From contig JAQTPW010000002.1 in assembly GCA_028712565.1 (NCBI GenBank), positions 35,601 to 99,600 on the forward strand: a stretch of DNA of 64,000 nucleotides, in the 5' to 3' direction. Positions 50,497 to 59,114 of the stretch are shown one piece after another. The notes below the pieces were generated by a model. That model saw nothing but the letters and a program-made list of their open reading frames with translations. It made no database searches and was not told the DNA's origin. Each line of letters begins with the position of its first letter. Position 1 is the first letter of the stretch. The DNA comes from Minisyncoccota bacterium (GTDB lineage Bacteria > Patescibacteriota > Minisyncoccia > Minisyncoccales > JAQTPW01). The position numbers were made by a program, and so were the translations under genes.

Positions 50497-51618
50497 ATGT
50501 TAGATATCCTTAATTTAAAACCGGAAGCATTTGGATTGGATATTTCTGACCTTTCCTTGAAAATTGTAAAACTTAAAAAGAAAGGGAAGTTTTTGAGTTT
50601 GGCTTCTTTTGGAGAAACAAAGATTTCTCCTGGAATATTGACGGAGGGCGAAGTAAAAGATGAAAAAAAACTGGCGCAGATTATAAAAGAATCAGTGAAA
50701 AACATTACGGGAGAAAAATTAAAAACAAAATACGTGGTTTCCTCGCTGCCAGAAGAAAAAACCTTTTTACAGGTAATCCAGATGCCGAAAATGAAGGAGG
50801 AAGAATTAAAAAAAGCCGTTCTTTTTGAGGCGGAAAATTATATTCCTCTGCCTATTGACCAAGTTTATTTGGATTCCCAAATCGTTCCCCAATTATACGA
50901 TCATTTAGACCATTCAGATGTTTTAATTTTAGCTCTGCCAAAAAAAATTGTAGATCCTTACCTTTTTTCTATAAAGTCAGCGGGATTGCAGCCCTTGGCT
51001 TTTGAAATTGAATCTCAGGCTATTGCTCGCGCCTTGATTAAAAACGAATTGTCAGAATCTCCTGCTTTATTGATAGACCTCGGGGCAGGCCGGACAAGTT
51101 TTATTATTTTTTCCGGCTATTCTTTGAAATTTACAAGTTCAATTCCTATTTCTTCGCAGGGCTTTAACGAAGTTATCTCAAGGTCTTTGGGAGTCAACAA
51201 CGAAAAAGCGGAAGAATTAAAAAGGGAATACGGGCTTCAGGAAAATATAAAATTAAAAAAAGATGATGGAAAAACAAAAGACGGAGAAATTTTTGAAGCG
51301 TTAATTCCCAGTTTAACCGATCTGATAGAACAAATTAAAAAATATCTTAGCTATTATCAAACCCACGCCCTTCATGAGCATTCACTGCCGAATAATAAAG
51401 GCGTTAAAAAGATTTTGCTTTCCGGAGGCGGCGCGAACTTGAAGGGGCTGGACGATTTCTTGTCTTTGGAGCTTAAAATTCCGGTGGAGGTTGCCAACCC
51501 CTGGGTTAATATTTTGCCGTCTCAAATAAAAGAATTGCCGCAATTGCCTTTTGAAAAATCACTTTCATTTACGACAGCTTTAGGGTTAGCTTTAAGAGCC
51601 ATTAAAACTCATGATTAA
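50497..51618 (+). CDS. pilM: type IV pilus assembly protein PilM (actin-like ATPase fold)
   Basis: GLDISDLSLKIV.., ...LIDLGAGRTS.., LSGGGANLKGL. Confidence 0.85.
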   Translation: MLDILNLKPEAFGLDISDLSLKIVKLKKKGKFLSLASFGETKISPGILTEGEVKDEKKLAQIIKESVKNITGEKLKTKYVVSSLPEEKTFLQVIQMPKMKEEELKKAVLFEAENYIPLPIDQVYLDSQIVPQLYDHLDHSDVLILALPKKIVDPYLFSIKSAGLQPLAFEIESQAIARALIKNELSESPALLIDLGAGRTSFIIFSGYSLKFTSSIPISSQGFNEVISRSLGVNNEKAEELKREYGLQENIKLKKDDGKTKDGEIFEALIPSLTDLIEQIKKYLSYYQTHALHEHSLPNNKGVKKILLSGGGANLKGLDDFLSLELKIPVEVANPWVNILPSQIKELPQLPFEKSLSFTTALGLALRAIKTHD

Positions 51619-52168
51619 CCTTCTTCCGACCGAAGAAAAACAAAATTTATTAGAGGAAGAAAAACTGAAATTAGTTTTAATTTTAGGACTAATTGTTTTA
51701 TTTTTCTTTATGTCATTGAGCCTGGTTTTTCTTTCAATCAGAATTTTAATTTCCAGCCAAGTTGAGGCAGAAAAATTAAATTTAGAGTCCAAAAAAGCGG
51801 AATTTAACAAGGAGGAAATCCAAAAATTCCGGGAGGATATAATTAAAAATAACAAAATAATTCTGGAATTAAGCGACTTTTACAAGCAGAAAACCGACCT
51901 AACCGCATTTTTGGCAAAAATTTCTGATTTAGTTCCTTCTGATATTTCTCTGAGTGAAATTTCCGTAAGATTTACCGAGAGCGGAAATTGCCAGGTTTCT
52001 CTTTTGGGTTTTTCTCCTGTGGCAGAAAATTTAAGCCAGCTTATAGATAATTTGGAAAAAGAAAAAGAAGATTTCAGCCAGATATATTTGCCGCCTTCAA
52101 CTTGGGGAAAAACAAAAGATATTGATTTTAACTTAAGTTTTTACGCAAAAATTAAAAATGAGCACTAA
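51611..52168 (+). CDS. pilN: PilN-like pilus assembly protein
   Basis: MINLLP start and a single TM helix. Translationally coupled to pilM. Confidence 0.7.
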   Translation: MINLLPTEEKQNLLEEEKLKLVLILGLIVLFFFMSLSLVFLSIRILISSQVEAEKLNLESKKAEFNKEEIQKFREDIIKNNKIILELSDFYKQKTDLTAFLAKISDLVPSDISLSEISVRFTESGNCQVSLLGFSPVAENLSQLIDNLEKEKEDFSQIYLPPSTWGKTKDIDFNLSFYAKIKNEH

Positions 52169-52727
52169 AAGAAAAATTTTTATTGCCTTGGGAACTTTTG
52201 GAGCGCTAGCCCTTGTTATTGTTTTTCTGATAATATTGCCACTTTTCAGAGATATTAAAAATAATTCTAAAAATTATATTTTAGTAAAACAGGAAGCTTT
52301 TTCTATTGAGGAGGAGGCTAAAAATTTAGCTGAAATTAAAGAAAAATACTCCGAATACGGGCCGGATCTAAACAAAATTGACTCGCTTTTTGTCAATGCT
52401 AAAATTCCCTTTGCTTTTACCAGATTTTTGGAAGATCTTGCCAAAGATTCGGATGTTTCATTGGAAGCGTCTCTTTCTCCCTCTTTGGAAGAAAATAAAA
52501 ATCAGGTTTGGCCGGCTATTTATTACCAGCTGGCAATCACAGGGCCATTTCCTAATTTTTCAAAATTTCTTGAAAAACTGGAAAATTCGCCCTATTTAAT
52601 TAAAATTCAGAATTTGACTGTTAAAAAATTAACAAAAGGAGATTTATCCAAGAAAGAATTTGAGAATTATTCTTTTACAGACGTAAAATCAAATCTTCAA
52701 ATATCAGTTTTTACTTCGGAAAAATGA
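52158..52727 (+). CDS. pilO: PilO-like pilus assembly protein
   Basis: Single TM helix plus coiled coil. Position after pilN, with overlapping stop and start. Confidence 0.55.
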   Translation: MSTKRKIFIALGTFGALALVIVFLIILPLFRDIKNNSKNYILVKQEAFSIEEEAKNLAEIKEKYSEYGPDLNKIDSLFVNAKIPFAFTRFLEDLAKDSDVSLEASLSPSLEENKNQVWPAIYYQLAITGPFPNFSKFLEKLENSPYLIKIQNLTVKKLTKGDLSKKEFENYSFTDVKSNLQISVFTSEK

Positions 52728-53032
52728 AACTAAATTTTAACAAAATTAAAAATTTTTTCAGAAAATTGCCGCGGTTTTTGGCTAAAAAATCATTTTTTAC
52801 TTCAATTGCCTTAATCTTTTTAGCTTTGCTTGTAGGAGGAGCTGTTTTTTACCAATATAATTTTTTGCCCCAAAAAATTACTCCTGTTTTGAATGATATT
52901 GTTTCCAAGTTTCAGGAAAAAAAATACCAAGAAGTGTTATCTGTTTGGCAGGAAATGGAAAGCAGGTTTAACGAAGCTGGTTTAAAACAGTATCCAAATA
53001 TTTTTGCAGCCCCTGCAGCAGAAATTGACTAA
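52724..53032 (+). CDS. hypothetical anchored protein, last gene of the pilus cluster
   Basis: N-terminal TM helix. Overlapping start with pilO. Confidence 0.4.
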   Translation: MKLNFNKIKNFFRKLPRFLAKKSFFTSIALIFLALLVGGAVFYQYNFLPQKITPVLNDIVSKFQEKKYQEVLSVWQEMESRFNEAGLKQYPNIFAAPAAEID

Positions 53033-53084
53033 GAGCTAATTTTAGCTATAATTAAACTCGTTCTCTTGCCCCTGGCCCCTGTAG

Positions 53085-53149
53085 CCCCTCACCTAGAAAT
53101 CTTCAATTTCATTAATTGTCGTTGCCTACTAAGGATTTCTGGGTGAGGG
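53085..53149 (+). repeat. 65-bp TIR hairpin insert in the tRNA-Arg(TCT) leader
   Basis: TIRs cccctcacctagaaatc / gatttctgggtgaggg. Flanked by the direct repeat gcccctgtag (53075-53084 and tRNA nt 1-10 at 53150-53159). Confidence 0.75.
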
Positions 53150-53221
53150 GCCCCTGTAGTTCAATGGATAGAACACGGGTTTTCTAAACCCGATATGGAA
53201 GTTCGATTCTTCCCAGGGGCA
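53150..53221 (+). tRNA. tRNA-Arg(TCT)
   Basis: Acceptor GCCCCTG/CAGGGGC, anticodon stem CGGGT/ACCCG, loop TT-TCT-AA, T arm GGAAG-TTCGATT-CTTCC. Confidence 0.8.
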
Positions 53222-53301
53222 TAGCAAATTTTGCTATCGCAAAATATTGCAGTAGTTAGTATTTAGTAATTAGTAATTAGGGACGTTTAAATCTAAAAAA
53301 T

Positions 53302-53379
53302 GGTGCCCGTAGCTCAATTGGTTAGAGCTTCGCGCTGTGGCCGCGAAGGTTGGCGGTTCGAGCCCGCTCGGGCACCCCA
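53302..53379 (+). tRNA. tRNA-His(GTG)
   Basis: Encoded G-1 opposite C73. Anticodon stem TCGCG/CGCGA with loop CT-GTG-GC. CCA is encoded. Confidence 0.8.
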
Positions 53380-53397
53380 AATTTTTAAAACTAACTG

Positions 53398-53425
53398 ATC
53401 GCCCTTCGGCAAAGCTCAGGGCGAT
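53398..53425 (+). terminator. hairpin terminator with conserved loop ttcggcaaagctca
   Basis: Stem atcgccc/gggcgat followed by ttttt. The loop is nearly identical to that of 12389-12426. Confidence 0.6.
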
Positions 53426-53506
53426 TTTTAAATTGTCCGATTCTACAGAAATGATAAAATAAAAATAATGGGTCGACAAAATAAATTACTAAAAAACAAA
53501 ACAATT

Positions 53507-54448
53507 ATGAAAAAACTATCTATTATCGCTGTTCTTTTTACGTTTATTTTTGTCGCTTTCGGCGCAGAAGCTGCACCTACTATTAAAGCACCCTCAATGC
53601 TTGTGGCAGCAGCGGTTTCTGACTCCCAAATCAATTTAAATTGGAAGGATAATTCCACGAATGAAGCCGGTTTCAAAATTGAAAGAAGCTTAAACAGAGT
53701 GAATTTTTCTGAAATTGCGCAAGTTGGGGCAAATGTGACAAATTATTCCAATCTTGGCCTTGACTCTGCCACTACTTATTATTACAGAGTTCGAGCTTAC
53801 ATGATTTCTGGGAGAAAAACTATATATTCTGGATATTCAAATATAGCTTTCGCGACAACGTTTGAACTATTCCCGGCAGCTCCAACTAATCTTTTTGCCC
53901 AAGTTTTTTCTGCCTCTTCAACTAGTTTTGTCGTATTAAACTGGCAAGATAATTCTACAAACGAAACTGGATTTAAGGTTGAAAAAAGCACGAATGGTGT
54001 AGATTTTGCCGAAATTTATTCACTTCCGGCTAATTCTACTAACTGCTACGATTATGATGTAGCGCCAGGAACAACTTACTATTATAGGGTTAAGACATAC
54101 AATGCTGCAGGTGATTCTGAATATTCAAACATAGCTTCTGCTACAATTTTGGAGCTAGTCCCGGCAGCTCCAACTAATCTTTTTGCCGATGTTTATTCGA
54201 TAGCAACCTCAACTTATTATGTGGTGTTGGGCTGGCAAGATAATTCTACAAACGAAACTGGATTTAAGGTTGAAAAAAGCACGAATGGTGTAGATTTTGC
54301 CGAAATTTATTCACTTCCGGCTAATTCTACTAACTGCTACGATTATGATGTAGTCTCGGGGGCAACTTATTATTATCGGGTAAAAGCCTATAATCCCGCA
54401 GGCGATTCTGATTATTCTAATGTGGTTTTTGTCGAAATACCGTTTTAA
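53507..54448 (+). CDS. secreted protein with three fibronectin type III-like repeats
   Basis: Signal peptide MKKLSIIAVLFTFIFVAFGAEA. Three repeats of the form L.W.DNSTNE.GF.[IV]E[KR]S....F.....L.AN.T.Y.D......TYYYRV.AY. Start trimmed to the Met at 53507. Confidence 0.75.
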   Translation: MKKLSIIAVLFTFIFVAFGAEAAPTIKAPSMLVAAAVSDSQINLNWKDNSTNEAGFKIERSLNRVNFSEIAQVGANVTNYSNLGLDSATTYYYRVRAYMISGRKTIYSGYSNIAFATTFELFPAAPTNLFAQVFSASSTSFVVLNWQDNSTNETGFKVEKSTNGVDFAEIYSLPANSTNCYDYDVAPGTTYYYRVKTYNAAGDSEYSNIASATILELVPAAPTNLFADVYSIATSTYYVVLGWQDNSTNETGFKVEKSTNGVDFAEIYSLPANSTNCYDYDVVSGATYYYRVKAYNPAGDSDYSNVVFVEIPF

Positions 54449-54538
54449 TCCCGGATTGTAAACCAAAAACAGGGCAAAGCCCTGTTTTTGGTTTACACGC
54501 TTTTCAGATTTTGAAGGAAGAGTTAAAATATATACAAT

Positions 54539-54991
54539 ATGGCGCAATATTTTACACAAGAGGGATTAGAAAAATTAAAAAAAGATCTAAAGCATTTAGA
54601 AACAGTAAAAAGAAGGGAAGTGGCAGAAAAACTCCGCCACGCCGTTTCCTTTGGCGATGTTTCGGAAAATGCGGCTTATGATGACGCAAAAGAAGCCCAG
54701 GGCGTCCTGGAGGGAAAAATTTCCAGATTAAAGGGAATTTTAGCCACTGCCAAAATAGCGGAAAAAAACGGCAAAAAAGAAATTCAGGTAGGGTCAGTTG
54801 TTGTAGTCTGTTCAAACAATAAAAAAGAAGAATATCAAATTGTCGGCCCCGAAGAAGCTGATGTTTTAAAAGGAAAGATCTCTTATCAGTCGCCTTTGGG
54901 GAAAAATCTTTTAGGAAAGGAAAGGGGAGATAGTATAACTCTTAAAACTCCGAGCAGTGCAATCGAATACGAAATTAAAGATGTAAAATAA
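54539..54991 (+). CDS. greA: transcription elongation factor GreA
   Basis: Coiled-coil N-terminal domain (..REVAEKL..A...GD.SENA.Y..AKE.Q), C-terminal globular domain, 150 aa. Confidence 0.9.
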   Translation: MAQYFTQEGLEKLKKDLKHLETVKRREVAEKLRHAVSFGDVSENAAYDDAKEAQGVLEGKISRLKGILATAKIAEKNGKKEIQVGSVVVVCSNNKKEEYQIVGPEEADVLKGKISYQSPLGKNLLGKERGDSITLKTPSSAIEYEIKDVK

Positions 54992-54993
54992 AT

Positions 54994-55015
54994 CCAGCCC
55001 CGAGGGGGGGGCTGG
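54994..55015. terminator. bidirectional hairpin between greA and htrA
   Basis: ccagcccc-gaggg-ggggctgg followed by tttt. Confidence 0.55.
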
Positions 55016-55027
55016 TTTTGTATTTGA

Positions 55028-56071
55028 TTATTTTTTCTCCTCCAGTTTTACTTTTGTTTTTATTTCTTTTTTCTCCCTTAAAATTTTCACAGGAATTTCT
55101 TCATCTATTTTGCATTTTTGCAAAATATCAGAAAGAGAATTTTCTTCAGTAATTTTTTCTCCATTTAATTCCAAAATAATGTCATATTCTTTCAGCCCGG
55201 ATTTTTCTACCGGAGATCCTTTAATTATTGCGGGCTCCCCCAAATGTTCTCTAACGATCAAGGCGCCATAATCGACTGGTAATTTATTCGGCTGGGAAAT
55301 TTCTTTATTCAAAATTACATATCTTACTCCCAAAAATGGCCTTCTCAGTTTTCCATATTGTTTTATTTCTTCCAAAACTTTTTTGGCATTATTAATAGGT
55401 ATGGCAAAGCCGATATTTTGCGCTCCCGCAACCACTGCAGTATTTATTCCAATTACCCTTCCTTCCAAGTCCACCAAAGGGCCTCCGGAATTTCCGGGAT
55501 TAATAGCGGCATCTGTTTGAATTAATCCCCGCAAGGAAGTCGTTTTTAAAGCCAATCCCCCGTGGGCGGTAATAGTCCTGCTTAAACCTGAGATAATTCC
55601 AGCCGAAAGAGTATCTTCAAATTCTCCCAAAGGATTTCCTATTGCTACAACTGACTCTCCCAACTCCATTTCTTCTGAATTGCCGAGTTCCAGATAGGGA
55701 AGGCTTTTTGCGTCAATTTTCAAAATCGCCACATCTACCAAAGGATCATTTGCTAAAATTTTTGCCGGATATTTTTTTGTAGGTTCAATAATTACCGTAT
55801 AATCCGCTTCCGGATCTCCAACTACATGATTGCAGGTCAGAACATAGCCGTCTTCGGAAATTATAAAGCCCGAACCTCCGCCTACTTTTGTCTTTTCCGT
55901 ATCGTTTTTCATTTTGGGAAAAATCATTTCCTGTCCGCCAAAAGGCATTAGGAAAAATCCCTCAATTTTTGGCAGATCTTTTGAAACGACAATGGTAATT
56001 ACTGCCGGGCAAACTTTTTTAGCGACCTCAACTATCTTAGATGGTTCTTTCATATTTTTTAATTTTAGCAT
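55028..56071 (-). CDS. htrA: HtrA/DegP family serine protease (trypsin-like + PDZ)
   Basis: GSGFII..DGYVLTCNHV, D.A.LKI and GNSGGPLV, plus a PDZ domain. Start trimmed (Met at 56071 or 56053), because the upstream part of the listed ORF runs into the tRNA-Arg leader. Confidence 0.85.
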   Translation of the reverse strand: MLKLKNMKEPSKIVEVAKKVCPAVITIVVSKDLPKIEGFFLMPFGGQEMIFPKMKNDTEKTKVGGGSGFIISEDGYVLTCNHVVGDPEADYTVIIEPTKKYPAKILANDPLVDVAILKIDAKSLPYLELGNSEEMELGESVVAIGNPLGEFEDTLSAGIISGLSRTITAHGGLALKTTSLRGLIQTDAAINPGNSGGPLVDLEGRVIGINTAVVAGAQNIGFAIPINNAKKVLEEIKQYGKLRRPFLGVRYVILNKEISQPNKLPVDYGALIVREHLGEPAIIKGSPVEKSGLKEYDIILELNGEKITEENSLSDILQKCKIDEEIPVKILREKKEIKTKVKLEEKK

Positions 56072-56150
56072 AAGGCGCCTTGAAAACAAGGGAAAAATTT
56101 GATAACATTTTAGATTAGATTTGTCTATAATGAGTATGTAGCCTCTGCAG

Positions 56151-56219
56151 CCCCTCACCCAGAAATCTTCAACTTTGTTAGGAATTTTCCGCTATTCGCT
56201 AAGGATTTCTGGGTGAGGG
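56151..56219 (+). repeat. 69-bp TIR hairpin insert in the tRNA-Arg(CCT) leader
   Basis: Perfect 17-bp stem cccctcacccagaaatc / gatttctgggtgagggg (the last g is tRNA nt 1). The upstream degenerate copy gcctctgcag matches the tRNA 5' end at 8/10. Confidence 0.75.
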
Positions 56220-56292
56220 GCCCCTGTAGTTCAACGGATAGAACAATCCCGTCCTAAGGGAGAAATTGGGGGTTCAATTCCTCCCAGGGGCA
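56220..56292 (+). tRNA. tRNA-Arg(CCT)
   Basis: Same acceptor and D arm as tRNA-Arg(TCT). Anticodon loop GT-CCT-AA. Confidence 0.75.
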
Positions 56293-56295
56293 CTC

Positions 56296-56366
56296 GGGCC
56301 CATAGTAAATCGGTATTACATGCCCATGGCATGGGCAAGGGTCGGGTTCGACTCCCGATGGGTCCA
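56296..56366 (+). tRNA. tRNA-Ala(GGC)
   Basis: Acceptor GGGCCCA/TGGGTCC with G3:U70. Anticodon stem TGCCC/GGGCA with loop AT-GGC-AT. Confidence 0.75.
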
Positions 56367-56534
56367 CCGAGTCAAGCTCGGTTTCAGCCGAGTACAAAAT
56401 GAAAGCAGGCAAGTTAGACTTGCCACAGATATTTTTCTCTGGCGAGGTATGGTGGGATGCCAGAGCGGTTGAACCCCGAAAAAATTTCCGTAAATTTAAA
56501 CGGGGCAAGTGGGCCGCTTTATCCCGTATAATGC

Positions 56535-56621
56535 GGAAGAGTGGCTGAGCGGTTGAAAGCGCGGCTCTCGAAAAGCCGTAGGGGCGAAAGCCCCTCGTGA
56601 GTTCAAATCTCACCTCTTCCG
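56535..56621 (+). tRNA. tRNA-Ser(CGA)
   Basis: Class II tRNA. Acceptor GGAAGAG/CTCTTCC, loop CT-CGA-AA, and a long variable arm GGGGCGAAAGCCCC. Confidence 0.8.
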
Positions 56622-56703
56622 TAATATAAAAATTATTTAGGCATCGCGATTTCAGAAGGAACACGCAGAAAATTAATGAGATATTATAATTAATCAAATC
56701 AAA

Positions 56704-57186
56704 ATGGAAAATCAAATCAAAAAAACAGGTTGTTGCGAGCCGTTTGATCCAGAACCGTGGCAGGAAAAAGAAATTATCTGGAAGGACAAAATTTTTATCA
56801 AAGATCGTGTTAAAAGTTTTTTCCACATCCCGCTTGATTTCGGAAAAAAAGTTGTAAAAAATATGGAATTGATTGAAAGGGCTGGAGCAAAATCTCCCTA
56901 TCAACTTATGTTAACTGATGAAAAATCGCTTTGGGCAGCAGATATTTACATTGATGTTGCAAAAGAAGTTCTGGGAGCAAAAATTGCAAAACTTTCTGGA
57001 ACATTTCTAACTAAGGTCTTTGAGGGGCCTTATCAAAATGCCGGCAAATGGGCAAAAGAAATGGAAGAATATGTAAAAAATAAAGGCAAGGAAATAAAAA
57101 AATTATATTTTTCCTACACGACATGCCCCAAGTGCGCAAAAGCTTATGGCAAAAATTATGTCGTTCTTTTTGCAGAAATTATTTAA
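56704..57186 (+). CDS. hypothetical Cys-motif protein
   Basis: 160 aa with N-terminal GCCEPFDPEPW and C-terminal CPKC. Family not recognised with certainty. Confidence 0.45.
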   Translation: MENQIKKTGCCEPFDPEPWQEKEIIWKDKIFIKDRVKSFFHIPLDFGKKVVKNMELIERAGAKSPYQLMLTDEKSLWAADIYIDVAKEVLGAKIAKLSGTFLTKVFEGPYQNAGKWAKEMEEYVKNKGKEIKKLYFSYTTCPKCAKAYGKNYVVLFAEII

Positions 57187-57191
57187 AAAAT

Positions 57192-57587
57192 ATGATAAAT
57201 ATTTTCAAAAAAAATAAAAAAGCTCCGGAAAATTTAAATGAAGTTTTATCGCAATTTGCGGCTTTGGAAGAAAATTTCAAAAAAGTTTCGGGGGAGCTGG
57301 AAAGTTTAAAAAAGGAGTCAAAATTTATGGCTCAAAAGTTTGGAGTAATAAGATTTAATCCTTTTAAAGAAGTGGGAGGAGACCAAAGTTTTTCAATCGC
57401 GCTTTTAGATGCCACTGATTCAGGCTTTATTATTACCAGTCACTACACAAGAGAAGGAAATCGGGTTTATGGAAAACCAATAAAAAACGGCAAATCCGAA
57501 TACCAATTATCTGAAGAAGAAATAAAGGCAATTGAAATGGCGAAAACATCAAAAGAACTCCCAATAGATCAAAATGCAAAACAATGA
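57192..57587 (+). CDS. DUF4446-like protein
   Basis: FGVIRFNPFKEVGGDQSFSIALLD..SGFIITSHY.R...RVYGKPI pattern as I recall for DUF4446. Start trimmed to the Met at 57192. Confidence 0.55.
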   Translation: MINIFKKNKKAPENLNEVLSQFAALEENFKKVSGELESLKKESKFMAQKFGVIRFNPFKEVGGDQSFSIALLDATDSGFIITSHYTREGNRVYGKPIKNGKSEYQLSEEEIKAIEMAKTSKELPIDQNAKQ

Positions 57588-59097
57588 AAATAAAAATTTA
57601 ATAAACAGGCCGCCCGTTGTTGTAATTTTAGGCCATGTTGATGCTGGCAAAACCAGCCTTTTGCTGGCGATTAGAAATCTCCAATTTACTGGAGCAAAAC
57701 CCGGAGGAGTTATTACTCAACATATTGGAGCTTATCAAGTAGGAGTTGGCAACCCTCCTTCGCCAAAGGCTGCGGACGGGCGAAGAAAAATTACTTTTAT
57801 AGATACTCCTGGGCACGAAGCCTTTTCAGCAATGAGGGCAAGGGGAGCTAAAGTCGCGGACGTGGCAATTTTAGTAGTGGATGGCGTATCTGGAGTCCAG
57901 CCGCAAACAAAAGAAGCGATTTCGCATATAAAAGATGCTAAAATTCCTTTTATTGTTGCGATAAATAAAACCGATAATCCTCAAGCAAATCCCGAAAAAA
58001 TAAAGCAGGTATTAATGAAAGAAGATGTTTTAGTGGAATCTCTTGGCGGTAAAATTCCTTCAGTCAATGTATCGGCAAAAACCGGGCAAGGAATAAATGA
58101 GCTTTTGGAATTGATACAATTGGTTGGAGAAATAACAAATTTAAAAGGAGACATTTCAAAGCCCGCCGAAGGAGTGGTGATTGAATCTTATTTGGATCCT
58201 CAGAGGGGGCCAGTTGCCACTGTCATTGTTTCTGATGGCACATTAAAAATAGGAGATATTTTAGGCACTTTTTCCACTTTTGGAAAAGTTAAGAATTTGG
58301 AAAACTTTCTAAGGTCCCCTATTGAGCAAGCTCTTCCTTCTGATCCGGTTGTTATTATCGGTTTGCCTGAAACTCCTAAAGTTGGAGAGATATTTAAAGT
58401 TTTTTCCGACACAGAACAGGCAAAGAGTTATTTGAAAACTCAAGAAAAAAAAGAAATTTGGAATCCAGAAATAAAAGAGGGACAAAAGGTTTTAAATTTA
58501 ATTTTAAAGTCCGACGTTGTTGGGTCCATTGAAGCCATTTACGAGGTTTTAAAAGAAATTCCGCAAGAAAAAGTGATTTTAAATATTATAAAATCTGAAG
58601 CGGGGGAAATAAATGAATCCGATGTAAAATTAGCCAGATCAACGAGGGCTGCAATTTTCGGCTTTAGGACAAAAGCAAATCCGGTTGCAAAACAAATGGC
58701 AGAAAGGGATAAAATAAAAATTTTAACTTTTGATGTTATTTATGATTTGGTTGAAGGAGTGAGGAAATCAATGGAAAGAATTTTATCTCCTGAGTCAGTA
58801 AGATTGGATTTGGGCAAGGTAAAAGTTTTAGCATTATTTTTAGATGAAAAAAACCGCCAGATTGTCGGCGGTAGAGTGGTTTTTGGTGAAGTAAAAAAGG
58901 GAGCCCAAATTGAAGTTTTAAGGAACGACGAAGCGGTTGGCAAGGGCAGGATTATAAGTTTGCAGAAAAATAAAAGAGATGCAGAAAGGGTTGCAAAAGG
59001 AGAAGAGTGCGGCATTTTATATGAAGGCGATATAAAAATTGAGACTGGAGATTTATTAGGAATTTATACCGAGGAAAAGCAAAAAGGGGAACTGTAA
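57574..59097 (+). CDS. infB: translation initiation factor IF-2 (short form)
   Basis: RPPVVVILGHVDAGKTSLL, DTPGHEAF, NKTD, and C-terminal beta-barrel domains. Confidence 0.9.
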   Translation: MQNNENKNLINRPPVVVILGHVDAGKTSLLLAIRNLQFTGAKPGGVITQHIGAYQVGVGNPPSPKAADGRRKITFIDTPGHEAFSAMRARGAKVADVAILVVDGVSGVQPQTKEAISHIKDAKIPFIVAINKTDNPQANPEKIKQVLMKEDVLVESLGGKIPSVNVSAKTGQGINELLELIQLVGEITNLKGDISKPAEGVVIESYLDPQRGPVATVIVSDGTLKIGDILGTFSTFGKVKNLENFLRSPIEQALPSDPVVIIGLPETPKVGEIFKVFSDTEQAKSYLKTQEKKEIWNPEIKEGQKVLNLILKSDVVGSIEAIYEVLKEIPQEKVILNIIKSEAGEINESDVKLARSTRAAIFGFRTKANPVAKQMAERDKIKILTFDVIYDLVEGVRKSMERILSPESVRLDLGKVKVLALFLDEKNRQIVGGRVVFGEVKKGAQIEVLRNDEAVGKGRIISLQKNKRDAERVAKGEECGILYEGDIKIETGDLLGIYTEEKQKGEL

Positions 59098-59114
59098 TTC
59101 ATGTTTTATGATCT

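Noticed and set aside
53270-53676. Two minus-strand ORFs (69 and 77 aa).
   Set aside because: They overlap tRNA-His and its terminator, and the signal-peptide region of the plus-strand FN3 gene.
56440-56530. A possible extra class II tRNA, suggested by a D-arm-like gccagagcggttgaa.
   Set aside because: I could not build an acceptor stem, T-arm or 7-nt anticodon loop. It is reported only as an unexplained hairpin.
56254-56904. A 216-aa minus-strand ORF.
   Set aside because: It spans tRNA-Arg, tRNA-Ala, tRNA-Ser and structured spacers, and overlaps the start of a convincing plus-strand gene. It contains translated tRNA arms.
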